From positions 12,686-76,685 of the forward strand of contig CAVXEP010000017.1 in NCBI GenBank assembly GCA_963760795.1: a DNA stretch of 64,000 bases. The letters run 5' to 3'. Each line of letters starts with the position of its first letter. The first letter of the stretch is position 1. Positions 39,536-50,000 of the stretch are shown here, piece by piece. The notes under the pieces are model-generated. The model ran no database searches and had not been told where the DNA came from. It saw only the letters and a list, made by a program, of their open reading frames with translations. The stretch comes from an uncultured delta proteobacterium. Lineage in GTDB: Bacteria; Desulfobacterota; Binatia; UBA9968. A program made the position numbers and the translations under genes.

Positions 39536-39854
39536 ATGAACCTCAAAGACGGCTCCACCCTGGTTGCCGATCTCACGACCATCGGCCGCAAGAGCGGCTT
39601 GGCCGCGCGCCGTTAAGCTGCGTTTTCTCTTTTTCCAGGGAAACTTCTACGCCACGTCGACCAGAGTACAAGGCAAACACTGGTGTCAGAACATGATCAA
39701 GAATAGCGCCGTCGATATCACGGCTAAAGGCGAGAAGTTTTCCTGCACAGCCAAGCAGGTGACCGATGAGGCGCTGCGCAAACAGGTGCTGACCCTGCGC
39801 GACTCGCCGCCGCAGTTAGAACGCGTGGTTTTCGAAATCACGCCTAATAAATAA
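39536..39854 (+). CDS. DUF385 / deazaflavin (F420H2)-dependent nitroreductase-family small protein, one frame break
   Basis: ATG 39536 gives MNLKDGSTLVADLTTIGRKSGL. After a shift near 39600-39615 it continues as track ORF 39564-39854 (LRFLFFQGNFYATS...). The TT.GRKSG motif is typical of the family. Confidence 0.55.
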
Positions 39855-39910
39855 CGATCTCGGGGATTCGGATATTGCTCGCGCTAAGCGCGCAAAGGTA
39901 AGGCAAACAT

Positions 39911-39968
39911 GTCATTTCGACCGAAGGGAGAAATCTTTCCGAGATCCCTCGTATTCCCTCGGGATGAC
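39911..39968. repeat. dispersed repeat related to 14518-14545, with a second arm
   Basis: gtcatttcgaccgaagggagaaatctttccgagatccctcgtattccctcgggatgac. Confidence 0.5.
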
Positions 39969-40197
39969 GGGCCTCGGCCCGTCACTTTGCGACCTTGGCG
40001 TCCTTTGCGCGAGACAATCCGAGATTAACCGGTGCGCGAAGCGCACCCTACGAAACCTTCGTGCCTTCGTGGTGAACAAAACTATTGACTATACGCACGC
40101 TTCAAAAGCAGCGGGCCGATGCCCCAGAACACACCGGCGAGCAGCGCATAGGCGATGCCGGTTTGCAGTTCGGAACTGGAACATGGACGAAGTAAGT

Positions 40198-40413
40198 TTA
40201 CTTTTTCGTCTCTTCCTTCGCCTCGGTCATCTTCTTTTCGACGGTCTCAACGCCCTTGACCATGCCTTCCATCATCTTCTGTTCTTTCTGCGCGCCTTGT
40301 TGGATCGCCTGCTTGGCCGCTTCGTCGCGCGCCGCCTGATCCTCCTTGTTGCCGCAAGCCGGTAATGCCGCGACTAAGCAGAAAAGAACAATCATTCGAA
40401 ATGTTTTACCCAC
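40198..40413 (-). CDS. small lipoprotein, Lys/Glu-rich
   Basis: Track ORF 40198-40485 trimmed to GTG 40413, which has GGAGG 5 nt upstream. (M)GKTFRMIVLFCLVAALPACG carries the lipobox LPAC. The mature part is charged and low-complexity. Confidence 0.6.
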   Translation of the reverse strand: MGKTFRMIVLFCLVAALPACGNKEDQAARDEAAKQAIQQGAQKEQKMMEGMVKGVETVEKKMTEAKEETKK

Positions 40414-40526
40414 GATAACCTCCAAGATTGATTTGCCAGCTCGTCCAGTTAGCAGGAACTCGCTAAGAGAAGCAACCTGCGGCATGACTGTTCTTTTGGC
40501 GTCGGTTTGTTATGCTTTTACAGACA

Positions 40527-41362
40527 ATGAAGCGGTTCCCCTTCACATCTGCGCTGATTGTTTTGGCGCTGTTTTTTCAAACTGTGCCGCTGCAGGGTCA
40601 AACAGCTGGGCGATTCAAGATCAGCGGGACTCTCAGCGCCACCGATTTGGGTAGCTGGCGAACCATTCAGAAAGGCGTCGAGCAGCGCAAGATCGCCTTC
40701 CAGCGCGCCGAGCCAAACTACACGCTGGAACTGAAGACTTTTGCGCTTCGATCCTAAAATCATCAGTGCGCGGATTCTGTCGAGCGGCGATTTCCAATTG
40801 AAAGGCGCCACGGTAAAAGACTTCGTTGAAAAGAGCGGCGCCATCGCGGCGATCAATGCCAACTATTTCGACGAGCGCGGCCGGCCGCTGGCCTATCTGA
40901 AAACCGCGGAACAATGAAATCAATCGCGCAGTCTCCAAACACGCACTCTACACCGGCGTTTTCGCGGTCGCCGATGGCAATCCGCAGGTCATGCATCGCG
41001 ACGATTTCTCGCCCGTCCAGGCGAGCGAAGCGCTCCAGTCCGGGCCACTGTTGTTAAACCACGGCGCGCCGGTGGAGACTTTGCGCAGCCTCGGCCGCTA
41101 CGCCCGCCGAGCCGTGCTCGGCATGGACAAAGCCGGCCGCATCGTCATCGCGGTGACCGACGCCGTGCTCGGCGGCTTGAGTTTCGTCGAGCTGCAAGAG
41201 CTCTTTGCCAACGCCAAATGGCAACTGGACACCCCGGAGTTATTGAATCTCGATGGCGGCGGTTCCGCCCAGCTCTACTTCAAATCAGGCAGGTTGGAAG
41301 AATCGGTGCCCGGCACCTCCGAAGTACCGGTGGCGATTGGCTTCTTCGTCAAAGCGAACTAA
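40527..41362 (+). CDS. phosphodiester glycosidase family protein (DUF2233), two frame breaks
   Basis: Three pieces. Piece 1: MKRFPFTSALIVLALFF...ELKTF. Piece 2: LRFDPKIISARIL...INANYFDERGRPLAYLKTAEQ. Piece 3: EINRAVSKHALYTGVFAV...LNLDGGGSAQLYF (track ORF 40991-41362). The shifts lie near 40735-40745 and 40914-40918. Confidence 0.6.
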
Positions 41363-41392
41363 CCGGTTTTTTCAAACACAGAGATTGTTTTG

Positions 41393-41470
41393 ACCACGAA
41401 GGCACGAAGGACACGAAGGTTTCGGATGATTAACGTTCCGAACTTCGTGAGCTTCGTGTCCTTCGTGATG
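41393..41470. repeat. CACGAAGG-unit hairpin element between convergent genes (likely bidirectional terminator)
   Basis: accacgaaggcacgaaggacacgaaggtt - tcggatgattaacgttccg - aacttcgtgagcttcgtgtccttcgtgatg. It sits between the DUF2233 stop (41362) and the nuoN stop (41479). Confidence 0.7.
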
Positions 41471-41478
41471 AATGAGTA

Positions 41479-42926
41479 TTATTCCAACGAGCTGAAGGCC
41501 ATTCGGCTCCAGTCGAGAGCATCGGCTGGCAGAATACCTAAATAGATCGTGCCGATCAGCGCGATGGCGATAGCGATGTAAACGAACGGCGCTTGGCGAA
41601 ACGATTTTCCTTCAGCGCCGCCCTCTTCCATGTACATCGCGACAATCGACGCGCAGATAAAAAATCACCGACAGCAGGCTATTGAGCACGCCGATGATGG
41701 CGAGATCCAAATGGCCGGATAAAACCGCCGAGCGGAAAACATAGAACTTGCCGGTGAAACCGGCGAGCGGCGGAAAACCGGCGAGCGATAGCATGAACAG
41801 CGTCATGGCCAGCGCCAAGAACGGCCGCTTGAAGCCCAAGCCGGCAAAGTCGCTATAACTATCACGAGGCTCGTCAACCTCCGCCATGCTGCTGAGCACG
41901 GCGAAGGCGCCCATGGTCATGAATGAATAGGTGAGCAGATAGAACAGCAGCGGCAGCCCGCCCCACTCGACGCCGACCACAATGGGAATCAGCAGATATC
42001 CCGCATGGGCGATGCTGGAATAAGCCAGCATGCGTTTGACGCTAGGTTGGGTGATCGCCAGCAGGTTACCCAGAGTCATGGTGCCGATGGCGATGATCCA
42101 GAGGGGAAAAACCCAGTCGCTGTCCAACGGCGAGAGCTTGTAGAGCAGGATGCGCGCCCAGGCGGCGAAAGCGGCGGCTTTGACCGCCACCGACATGAAA
42201 CCCGTCACCGGCGTCGGCGCGCCCTCGTAGACATCCGGCACCCAGAAATGAAACGGCACCGCGCCGACTTTGAAGGCAAAGCCGATCAGCAGCAAGAATC
42301 CGCCGCCGATCAGATAGACCGGCCACTCGGTGGGCTGGTCGAGCAGATAAGCGGAGATTTGGGTTAAATTAGTCGAACCCGTGGCGCCGTAAATCAAGGC
42401 GATGCCATAGAGTAAGAAACCGGTGGCGAACGCACCCATGATGAAATATTTCATCGACGCTTCGCTGGAGCGGCCGTTGGCGCGCCACATGCCGGTGAGC
42501 ACGTAGACCGCGATCGACATGGTCTCCAAGCCAAGAAAGAAAACCATCAAATCGTTGGCCGCCGCCATGACGATCATGCCCACGGTGGCGAACAGGATCA
42601 GGGCGTAAAATTCACCCTCGCGGATGCCGGTCTGGCGCACATAATGGATCGAGGTGAGAATGGTCAGCGCTGCCGCCATGATAAAAATCATCGCGAAAAA
42701 CAACGCGAAGCGGTCGAGCATGATAGCTGTCGTTGAACGCGCTTTCCTGCCCGCCGCCGATCAACAACAGGACCTCAGCCGCGGCCAGAGCGAGTCCGAT
42801 GAGGCTGTAGAGCGCCAAGACCCCGCGCGGCTCGCCGTCCTTGATGAACAGATCGCGCATGGTGACCACCAATGCGGCGACCAGCACTTGCAGCGCCGGG
42901 AGCAGAGGCAGGAGATTAACGTCCAT
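41479..42926 (-). CDS. nuoN: NADH-quinone oxidoreductase subunit N, two frame breaks
   Basis: Track ORFs 42612-42950 (from MDVNLLPLLPAL at 42926) and 41612-42721, plus an untracked C-terminus recovered by my translation: LRVIVAMYMEEGGAEGKSF...DWSRMAFSSLE-stop at 41479. Motif FHFWVPDVYEGAPTPVTGF. The shifts lie near 42718-42724 and 41640. Confidence 0.85.
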
Positions 42927-44469
42927 CGTTCTTGCGCTCCGCGCTGACACCGGATTGGGCAGCCACCGGTATGACTGGCATGGTGAAGATTCGTTTCAAA
43001 TTAACGTCCACCGCCGGCTGCATGCGGCTCAAGAACGGCTGCGGATAGACACCCATGTAGAGGATCAAGAAAATGATCGGCGCTAAAATGACCCATTCCC
43101 GGCAATTTAGATCTTGCAGCTTTTGATTCTCCGGGTTGTTGAGCGGTCCGAAGATCACCCGGCGAAACATCCACAGCATATAGATCGCGCCAAGAATCAC
43201 GCCGGTGGCGGCCACCGCGGTCCAGCGCGGGGTCACGCTAAACGATCCGAGCAAGATCAGGAACTCGCCGACGAAACCGTTCAGGCCAGGCAGCCCGATG
43301 GACGAAAAGGTCACGACCAGAAGCAAAGCTGAAAACACCGGCATCTGTTTCCACAGCCCGCCAAACTCCACGATCATCCGCGTATGGCGGCGGTCGTAGA
43401 TCATGCCGACCATGAGAAACAGCGCGCCGGTGGACAGGCCATGGCTGAGCATTTGATAGATGCTGCCCTGCACGCCCTGCATGTTGAGGGCGCAGAGTCC
43501 GAGCATGACGAAACCCAAATGGCTGACCGACGAATAGGCGACGAGCTTCTTAATGTCGCTCTGCATCATCGCCACCACCGCGCCGTAGATGATGCCGATG
43601 ACCGACAGGGCGACCAGGTAGGGCATCAGCGCGATCGCCGCGTCGGGAAAGAGCGGCATGGCGAAGCGCAAAAAGCCGTAGGTGCCGAGCTTCAACAGCA
43701 CGCCGGCAAGAATCACCGATCCGGCGGTGGGTGCCTCCACATGGGCGTCAGGAAGCCAGGTATGAAACGGAAACAGCGGGACCTTGATAGCGAACGACAA
43801 CGCGAAAGCGAGGAACAGCCAGGTTTGCTGCTCAACCGGCAGATGCAGGTCATAGAGTTGCAAGACATCGAAGGTCAGCACCTGGGTGACCTGGGCGTGG
43901 CGTGTGGCCAGATAAATAATCGCCACCAGCATGAGCAAACTGCCGGCCATGGTGAACAGGACGAATTTCACCGCCGCATAGATGCGCCGCGTGCCGCCCC
44001 ACACACCGATCAAAAAATACATCGGCACCAGCATCACTTCCCAGAAGACATAGAACAGCACCAGATCGAGCGCTAAGAACGCGCCAAGCATGCCGGTTTC
44101 CAAGAGCAGCATAAAAATCAAATACTCTTTGACCTTGTCGCGCACCGACCAGGAAGCCAACAGCGCCAGCGGCATGAGAAAAGTCGTGAGCAAAACCAGA
44201 AAAATGCTGATGCCGTCGATGCCGAGAATATATTGAATGCCAAAGGCCGGCATCCACGCCACCCGCTCGACCAGCTGCATCTCGCCATTAGTGCCGTCGA
44301 AGCGGTCGAGAATTTTTAGCGACCAGAGAAACGCCACCGCGCTGGCGAGCAATGCAAAGGAGAACAGCCCGGCCGACTGGCGCCGCGGCAAAAACACTAA
44401 CACCGCCGCGCCGATCACCGGGATGGCGAGTAGCAGAGTCAAATCTCCGAAACCCTGGGCTGACATCAT
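42916..44469 (-). CDS. nuoM: NADH-quinone oxidoreductase subunit M
   Basis: 517-aa intact ORF. Motifs: FFLAFALSFAIKVPLFPFHTWLPDAHVEAPTAGSVILAG and KKLVAYSSVSHLG. Confidence 0.92.
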   Translation of the reverse strand: MMSAQGFGDLTLLLAIPVIGAAVLVFLPRRQSAGLFSFALLASAVAFLWSLKILDRFDGTNGEMQLVERVAWMPAFGIQYILGIDGISIFLVLLTTFLMPLALLASWSVRDKVKEYLIFMLLLETGMLGAFLALDLVLFYVFWEVMLVPMYFLIGVWGGTRRIYAAVKFVLFTMAGSLLMLVAIIYLATRHAQVTQVLTFDVLQLYDLHLPVEQQTWLFLAFALSFAIKVPLFPFHTWLPDAHVEAPTAGSVILAGVLLKLGTYGFLRFAMPLFPDAAIALMPYLVALSVIGIIYGAVVAMMQSDIKKLVAYSSVSHLGFVMLGLCALNMQGVQGSIYQMLSHGLSTGALFLMVGMIYDRRHTRMIVEFGGLWKQMPVFSALLLVVTFSSIGLPGLNGFVGEFLILLGSFSVTPRWTAVAATGVILGAIYMLWMFRRVIFGPLNNPENQKLQDLNCREWVILAPIIFLILYMGVYPQPFLSRMQPAVDVNLKRIFTMPVIPVAAQSGVSAERKNDGR

Positions 44470-46368
44470 GACAGTTGTCCGAGGTAGTAGGCGAGCAGCG
44501 CCAGGGCGCCGACCAAAAACATCGCCGCGTAGTGCTGTACGTTACCGGTCTGCAAACCGCGCCAGACGGTGCTAAAACCGCGCACCGTGGCGGCCAGGCC
44601 ATTGACCGCGCCGTCGATCACCCAAGGATCGACGATGCTGGCGAAAAATTTCGCCAGCGCGGTGAACGGACGGACGAAAACAAAATCGTAAATTTCGTCG
44701 ACGTAATATTTGTTAAGCGAAATGTCGTAGAAAATGCCGTTGGCTGTCTGCTGCGCGGTCTGCGCCCCAGGCTTACCGTACATGAGGTAAGCGAGATAAA
44801 TTCCCGCGGCCACCACGGCCAAAGTCAGGGCGGTCACCAATAATTCGGTGCTTACGGTACCATGATGTTCCGCGACCGCGCCAAAGGTCGGCGCTAGCCA
44901 ATGGTCCCAACGGCTGCCCCAGAGATATTCCGGCGCGCCCAACCAGCCGGTGAAGATCGAACCGACGGCAAGAATCATCAGCGGCCAAGTCATCACCGCC
45001 GGCGATTCATGCAGATGCGCCTTGGCATGGTCATCGGCGCGGCACTCGCCGTGAAAGACCATGAATAGTTGACGAAACATGTAAAACGCGGTCATGCCCG
45101 CGGTGATTAGCCCGACGCCCCACAAGATTCCTGCGCCATGGCTGAAGGTCTGCCAGAGAATCAAATCTTTGGAGAAAAAACCGGCGGTGAACGGCACCCC
45201 GGCGATCGCCAGCGTGGCGACGACATAGGTCCAGTAGGTCTTGGGCATATGCGTCTTGAGGCCGCCCATCTTGCGCATATCCTGCTCGCCGCCGAGGGCG
45301 TGGATCACACTGCCCGAACCCAAGAACAGGCAAGCTTTGAAAAATGCATGGGTGAAGACATGAAAGATCGCCGCGCCAAAGGCGCCCATGCCGACGGCGA
45401 GAAACATGTAACCCAACTGGCTCACCGTCGAGTAGGCCAGGACTTTCTTAATATCGTTCTGGGTCAGCGCGATGGTGGCGGCGAAAAATGCCGTCGCCGC
45501 GCCGATCACGGCGATCACCGCCAAGGTCGCCGGCGCCAAGGCGAAGAGAAAATGCAGCCGCGCCGTCATATAGACGCCGGCGGTGACCATGGTGGCGGCG
45601 TGAATCAACGCGCTCACCGGCGTCGGCCCAGCCATGGCATCGGGCAGCCAGACGAACAGCGGTAGCTGCGCCGATTTGCCGGTGGCGCCGATAAAAAGCA
45701 GAAAGGTAATCAACGTGATCGTGCCGGGTTGCAGCAGCTTCACATGCCTGCTGCAATTCGACGAAGTCCAAAGTCCAAATGCCCTGGCGGCCCAACTCCG
45801 CCACCAAAACGAAAATGCCGAGGATGAAACCCAAGTCGCCGATGCGGTTGACGATGAACGCTTTATTGCCGGCGATGGTATTGTTGTGATCGTGGTACCA
45901 GAAGCCGATCAAAAGATAAGAACAGAGACCGACGCCCTCCCAGCCGACAAACAGCAAGAGCAGATTGTCGCCCATGACCAGCACAAGCATGAAAAAGATA
46001 AACAGGTTGAGGTAGATAAAAAAGCGCACCATGTCCGGGTCATGGCCCATGTAACCCAAGGAATAGAGATGGATTAAAAAACCGATGCCGGTGACGATGA
46101 GCAGCATCACCGCCGTCAGGGCATCGACTTGAAAGGCGAGATTGACCTGAAAAGAGCCCGACTGAATCCAGGTATAAACCAGATCGCGAAAAATTCCCGT
46201 TGCCGGCAGCTGCCAAAATATATAGAAAGCCAGCGCGAACGATGCGCCCACCGCCGCCGACGCCAGAGCGCCGGCAGTTTGCTTGCCCAGGGCGCGGCCA
46301 AAGAACAAATTGATCACGCTGCCCAACAGCGGAATCAGCGGAATCCAGCGCAGCAGATCGGTGCTCAT
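44466..46368 (-). CDS. nuoL: NADH-quinone oxidoreductase subunit L, one frame break
   Basis: Track ORFs 45448-46368 and 44466-45743. They join as ...LDFVELQQ / VKLLQPGTITLITFLLFIGATGKSAQLPLFVWLPDAMAGPTPVSALIHAATMVTAG. The shift lies near 45745-45752. Confidence 0.9.
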
Positions 46369-46386
46369 ACAGGTTTTGACTAGTCT

Positions 46387-46698
46387 CTACCATTTGAGCA
46401 GCTGCATCTCCTGGGGATCCAAAGATTGGCGATGGCGATAGACGGATATGATGATGGCAAGGCCGATCACAGCTTCAGCGGCGGCCACCGCCATGACGAA
46501 AAACACCGCCACCTGGCCGTCGGTCGAGCCCAGATAGCGTGAGAACGCGATAAAAGTCAGGTTGACGGCGTTGAGCATGAGCTCGATGGACATGAGAATG
46601 ACGATCAGATTGCGCCGGATCAGCACGCCGACGACGCCGATGGCGAAGACCACCGCGCTTAGAATCAGATAGTAATGCAGCGCAATCATGGAACTCAA
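46387..46698 (-). CDS. nuoK: NADH-quinone oxidoreductase subunit K
   Basis: 103-aa three-helix protein: [20 protein letters not shown]...[12 protein letters not shown]...[12 protein letters not shown]. Confidence 0.92.
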   Translation of the reverse strand: MSSMIALHYYLILSAVVFAIGVVGVLIRRNLIVILMSIELMLNAVNLTFIAFSRYLGSTDGQVAVFFVMAVAAAEAVIGLAIIISVYRHRQSLDPQEMQLLKW

Positions 46699-47189
46699 TT
46701 TTCTCGCTTGGCCAAAACCACCGCGCCGATGATCGCCACCAGCAACAACACCGAGGCGATTTCGAAGGGCAGAACAAAATCACTGAACAAACTTTTAGCC
46801 AACATTTCGGGACTGCCGAACAACTCCGTGGCCGCCACCGGATCGGCCGGCAAATCGTTGATCATCACCAAAGGCACCAACACACCGGCCAACATCAGCG
46901 CGAGCATTGTGCCGAAGCCCCACCATAGGCCGCGCTGCCGTTCCAGCGCGGCCGGGTTGAGAAGCATGATGACGAAAAGAAACAAGACCATGATTGCGCC
47001 GGCATAGACCATCACCTGCAACACCCCGACCATGGGCGCCTGCAAAGTGACGAACAACACCGCGATCAAGAGCAGCGCCGAAACCAGCGCCATGGCGCAG
47101 TGCACGACGTTGCGCAAAAACACCACCAGCAGCGACGCGATCACCAGCAAGGTGGCCAACAGGTAGAAAATCAGACTCGCGGTATCCAT
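46695..47189 (-). CDS. nuoJ: NADH-quinone oxidoreductase subunit J
   Basis: 164-aa ND6-like membrane protein. It overlaps nuoK by 4 nt, and its ATG lies 12 nt after the nuoH stop. Confidence 0.88.
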   Translation of the reverse strand: MDTASLIFYLLATLLVIASLLVVFLRNVVHCAMALVSALLLIAVLFVTLQAPMVGVLQVMVYAGAIMVLFLFVIMLLNPAALERQRGLWWGFGTMLALMLAGVLVPLVMINDLPADPVAATELFGSPEMLAKSLFSDFVLPFEIASVLLLVAIIGAVVLAKREN

Positions 47190-47201
47190 GGATTCAATCG
47201 T

Positions 47202-48332
47202 TCACTGTGCCGCCAGGATCCAAATCGCCGTGGCGACGACGTTAAGCAGTGCCAGCGGCAAAAGCATTTTCCAACCCAAGCGCATGACCTGGTCGTAGCG
47301 AAAGCGCGGCACACTCCAGCGCAATAAGATCTGCAGCCAGCAGAAAAAAATCACTTTGACGGTGAATGCCGTCACCTGCAGCAGGACGATAAAGACATGC
47401 GGCAGCAGCCAGGTGCCGCCCCAGGGGAAATGGAAACCGTCGCGCAAAAGATAGGGCACCTGCCAGCCGCCGAAGAACAGCGTCGTCACCAAACCCGCGA
47501 CGGTGACAACCTCAGCGAACTCACCGGCAAAAAACATCAAGAACTTGCCGCCGGAATACTCGACATGATAGCCGGCGACCAACTCCGACTCCCCTTCCGG
47601 CAAGTCGAACGGGATGCGTTTGGTCTCCGCCACCGCGGCGGTAAAAAAAAGCAAAAAGGCCAGCGGCTGGAGAAAAATCCCCCAGGCCGGTAGCCAACCG
47701 ACGATTGGACTTAAGAAACTCAGCCAGCTGGGCATGAGATCGCGGATCAGCGCGCCCTGGCCGCGGGCGATGTCTTGCAGCTCTAACGTCCCGTAAACCA
47801 TCAAGACGCCCATGACGGATAAGCCCATGGCGATTTCATAGGAGATCATCTGCGCCGAGCCGCGCACGCCGCCGAGCATGGAAAATTTATTGTTCGACGC
47901 CCAGGCGCCGATGACGATGCCGTAGACACCGAGCGAGCCCATGGCGAAGACGTAGAGTATGCCGATGTTGAGATTGGCCACTTGCAGGTTGATCGAGCGC
48001 TCGCCGATGTTGAGGACATCGCCAAACGGAATGACCGCGAAGGTGACCAGCGCCGGGAACAGCGCCATGCACGGCGCCAAGGTGTGCAAGAAGCGGTCGC
48101 CCGTGGGCGGAATGAAGTCTTCCTTAAAAAGAAACTTGAGCGGATCGGCGATCAACGTATTGACGAGACCCATACCGGCGAAACCTAAAATCGACGCCCG
48201 GTTGGCGCCGATGCGGTCTTGGATCAGCGCGCTGCCCTTGCGCTCGATCCAGCCGAGAACGCCGGCGAGGTTGAGCACCATACCGACAACCAGCACAGCT
48301 TTAAGAATGATAATCGCGAGGTCGACGATCAT
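47202..48332 (-). CDS. nuoH: NADH-quinone oxidoreductase subunit H
   Basis: 376-aa ND1-like protein with motif AETKRIPFDLPEGESELVAGYHVEYSG. It overlaps the nuoG stop by 4 nt. Confidence 0.92.
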   Translation of the reverse strand: MIVDLAIIILKAVLVVGMVLNLAGVLGWIERKGSALIQDRIGANRASILGFAGMGLVNTLIADPLKFLFKEDFIPPTGDRFLHTLAPCMALFPALVTFAVIPFGDVLNIGERSINLQVANLNIGILYVFAMGSLGVYGIVIGAWASNNKFSMLGGVRGSAQMISYEIAMGLSVMGVLMVYGTLELQDIARGQGALIRDLMPSWLSFLSPIVGWLPAWGIFLQPLAFLLFFTAAVAETKRIPFDLPEGESELVAGYHVEYSGGKFLMFFAGEFAEVVTVAGLVTTLFFGGWQVPYLLRDGFHFPWGGTWLLPHVFIVLLQVTAFTVKVIFFCWLQILLRWSVPRFRYDQVMRLGWKMLLPLALLNVVATAIWILAAQ

Positions 48333-49918
48333 GACGCTGCGCCACCGCCACTTCCCAATTCATACCCTTGATCGCCGATCGAGTCGTAGGTTAGTCCATT
48401 GTAGGCGATCACTTCCTTGGTCAACGCCGTGAAAATGTCGCCGGGCGTCGCATAGTCGAGCTTTTGCCCCGCGCCATCGAGTAAGCGTATAAAAATCTCG
48501 CTGTCTTGGCGCGCCCCTTCGGGGCAGATCACGGCGGCATTAAGCTTTTGCACCCGGCCCTGGCGATTGGTGTAGGTGCCCTCTTTCTCGCCAAAATGCG
48601 CCGCCGGTAAAACCACCTGGGCTAACTTGGCGGTCTCGGTCAGCTTGGTATCTTGTACCACCAGGAAACTAAGTTTCTCTAAAGCGCTGCGAATCTTCGC
48701 GCTGTCGCCATTGGCGCCGAGCAAGTCCTCGCCGACGATGAAGGCGCTGGAAAAATGATTACCGGCCAATGCTTGCATCAGCCCCGCGAAACCGCCGCTG
48801 CAACTAACTCCCATATCGCGGGCGCCGCGGAAATTCGGCGAGCGGTCCGGGCTCATCAGAATCTTTTGAACTTCGGTGAGTTGGCGTTCCTGATAAAAAA
48901 CTTCCATGGAACAATCGTTGGCGAGCTTGGGCACTAGCTTGGCGAATAAGTATGCCTCCTCGTTGGTACTGCGGCCGGAAAGAATTCCCGCCAGCGGCTG
49001 CGCGCCGCGCAGACCATTGACCACGGCTTGCAATGCCGCCTCCCAAGTCGCCGGTACCAGTCCGCCTTCCTGGCGAATCAGCGGCGTGGTCAGCCGCTCG
49101 CCGCCGGCGAGATCGTGAAAACAGTAACGCCCCTCGTCGCAGATCCAGTGGCTGTTGACCGCTTCGTTCTGGCGCGGTTTGAAGCGCGCAATTTTGTTTT
49201 GATAGGCCTCGACGCTGATGTTGCAGCCGGTGCTGCAGCCTGGACAGATGGACGGGGTCTTGTCTAAATACCAGACCCGCACCTTGAAACGAAAATCCCG
49301 GTCGGTGAGCGCGCCCACCGGGCAGATGTCGACGACGTTGGCGGATAACGGGTTGTCGAGCACGGCATCGTCGAACAGCGAAATCGTCGAGTGATCGCCG
49401 CGGTTGATCACCGCCAGCTCATGGGTCTTGGTGATCTCTTGGCAAAAGCGCACGCAGCGGGTGCACTTGATGCAGCGCTCGCCGTCGAAAACCACATTGG
49501 GGCCAAAGATGGTTTTCTTGCGGTCGTGGATCTTGCCGACTTCGAGGCGGCTCTCCTCGCGGTTATGCTCCATGTAGTAATTCTGCAACTGGCACTCGCC
49601 GGCCTGGTCGCAGATCGGGCAATCCACCGGGTGATTGATCAGCAGAAATTCCAACACCGCTTTGCGCACCGCGACCACCTTGGGACTTTGGGTCAGGATC
49701 GACATGCCCTCGGTCACCTGGGTATTGCAGGCGATCTGCAGCTTGGGCATTTTTTCGATCTCGACCATGCACATGCGGCAGTTGCCGGCGATGGACAGCT
49801 TCGGGTGATAACAGTAGTGCGGGATCGCCACGCCGGCCTCGGCCGCCGCCTGAATCACGGTCTTGCCTTTGCTGGTGACGACTTCTTGGCCGTCAACGAT
49901 GATCTTTACTGGATCCAT
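48329..49918 (-). CDS. nuoG: NADH-quinone oxidoreductase subunit G (short form)
   Basis: 529-aa ORF. Motifs: CYHPKLSIAGNCRMC, HPVDCPICDQAGEC, CIKCTRCVRFC, CPVGAL. Confidence 0.9.
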   Translation of the reverse strand: MDPVKIIVDGQEVVTSKGKTVIQAAAEAGVAIPHYCYHPKLSIAGNCRMCMVEIEKMPKLQIACNTQVTEGMSILTQSPKVVAVRKAVLEFLLINHPVDCPICDQAGECQLQNYYMEHNREESRLEVGKIHDRKKTIFGPNVVFDGERCIKCTRCVRFCQEITKTHELAVINRGDHSTISLFDDAVLDNPLSANVVDICPVGALTDRDFRFKVRVWYLDKTPSICPGCSTGCNISVEAYQNKIARFKPRQNEAVNSHWICDEGRYCFHDLAGGERLTTPLIRQEGGLVPATWEAALQAVVNGLRGAQPLAGILSGRSTNEEAYLFAKLVPKLANDCSMEVFYQERQLTEVQKILMSPDRSPNFRGARDMGVSCSGGFAGLMQALAGNHFSSAFIVGEDLLGANGDSAKIRSALEKLSFLVVQDTKLTETAKLAQVVLPAAHFGEKEGTYTNRQGRVQKLNAAVICPEGARQDSEIFIRLLDGAGQKLDYATPGDIFTALTKEVIAYNGLTYDSIGDQGYELGSGGGAAS

Positions 49919-49925
49919 AATGAAG

Positions 49926-50000
49926 ATTGGAGTGATGGAGTACTGGAGTGTTGGAGTATTGCGTCCGGACCCATCACTCCATCACTCCGATACTCCATTC
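49926..50000. repeat. GGAGTNNT-unit hairpin element, copy 2 (nuoG/nuoF gap)
   Basis: attggagtgatggagtactggagtgttggagtattg - cgtccggaccc - atcactccatcactccgatactccattc. It abuts the nuoF stop codon. Confidence 0.75.

Noticed and set aside
40090-40184. A short minus-strand reading frame ...SSSELQTGIAYALLAGVFWGIGPLLLKRAYSQ-stop that resembles the first transmembrane helix of EamA/DMT transporters.
   Set aside because: It is only about 30 codons long, its ATG (40184) is in a different frame, and it ends abruptly. At best it is a gene remnant, and it is too short to call.
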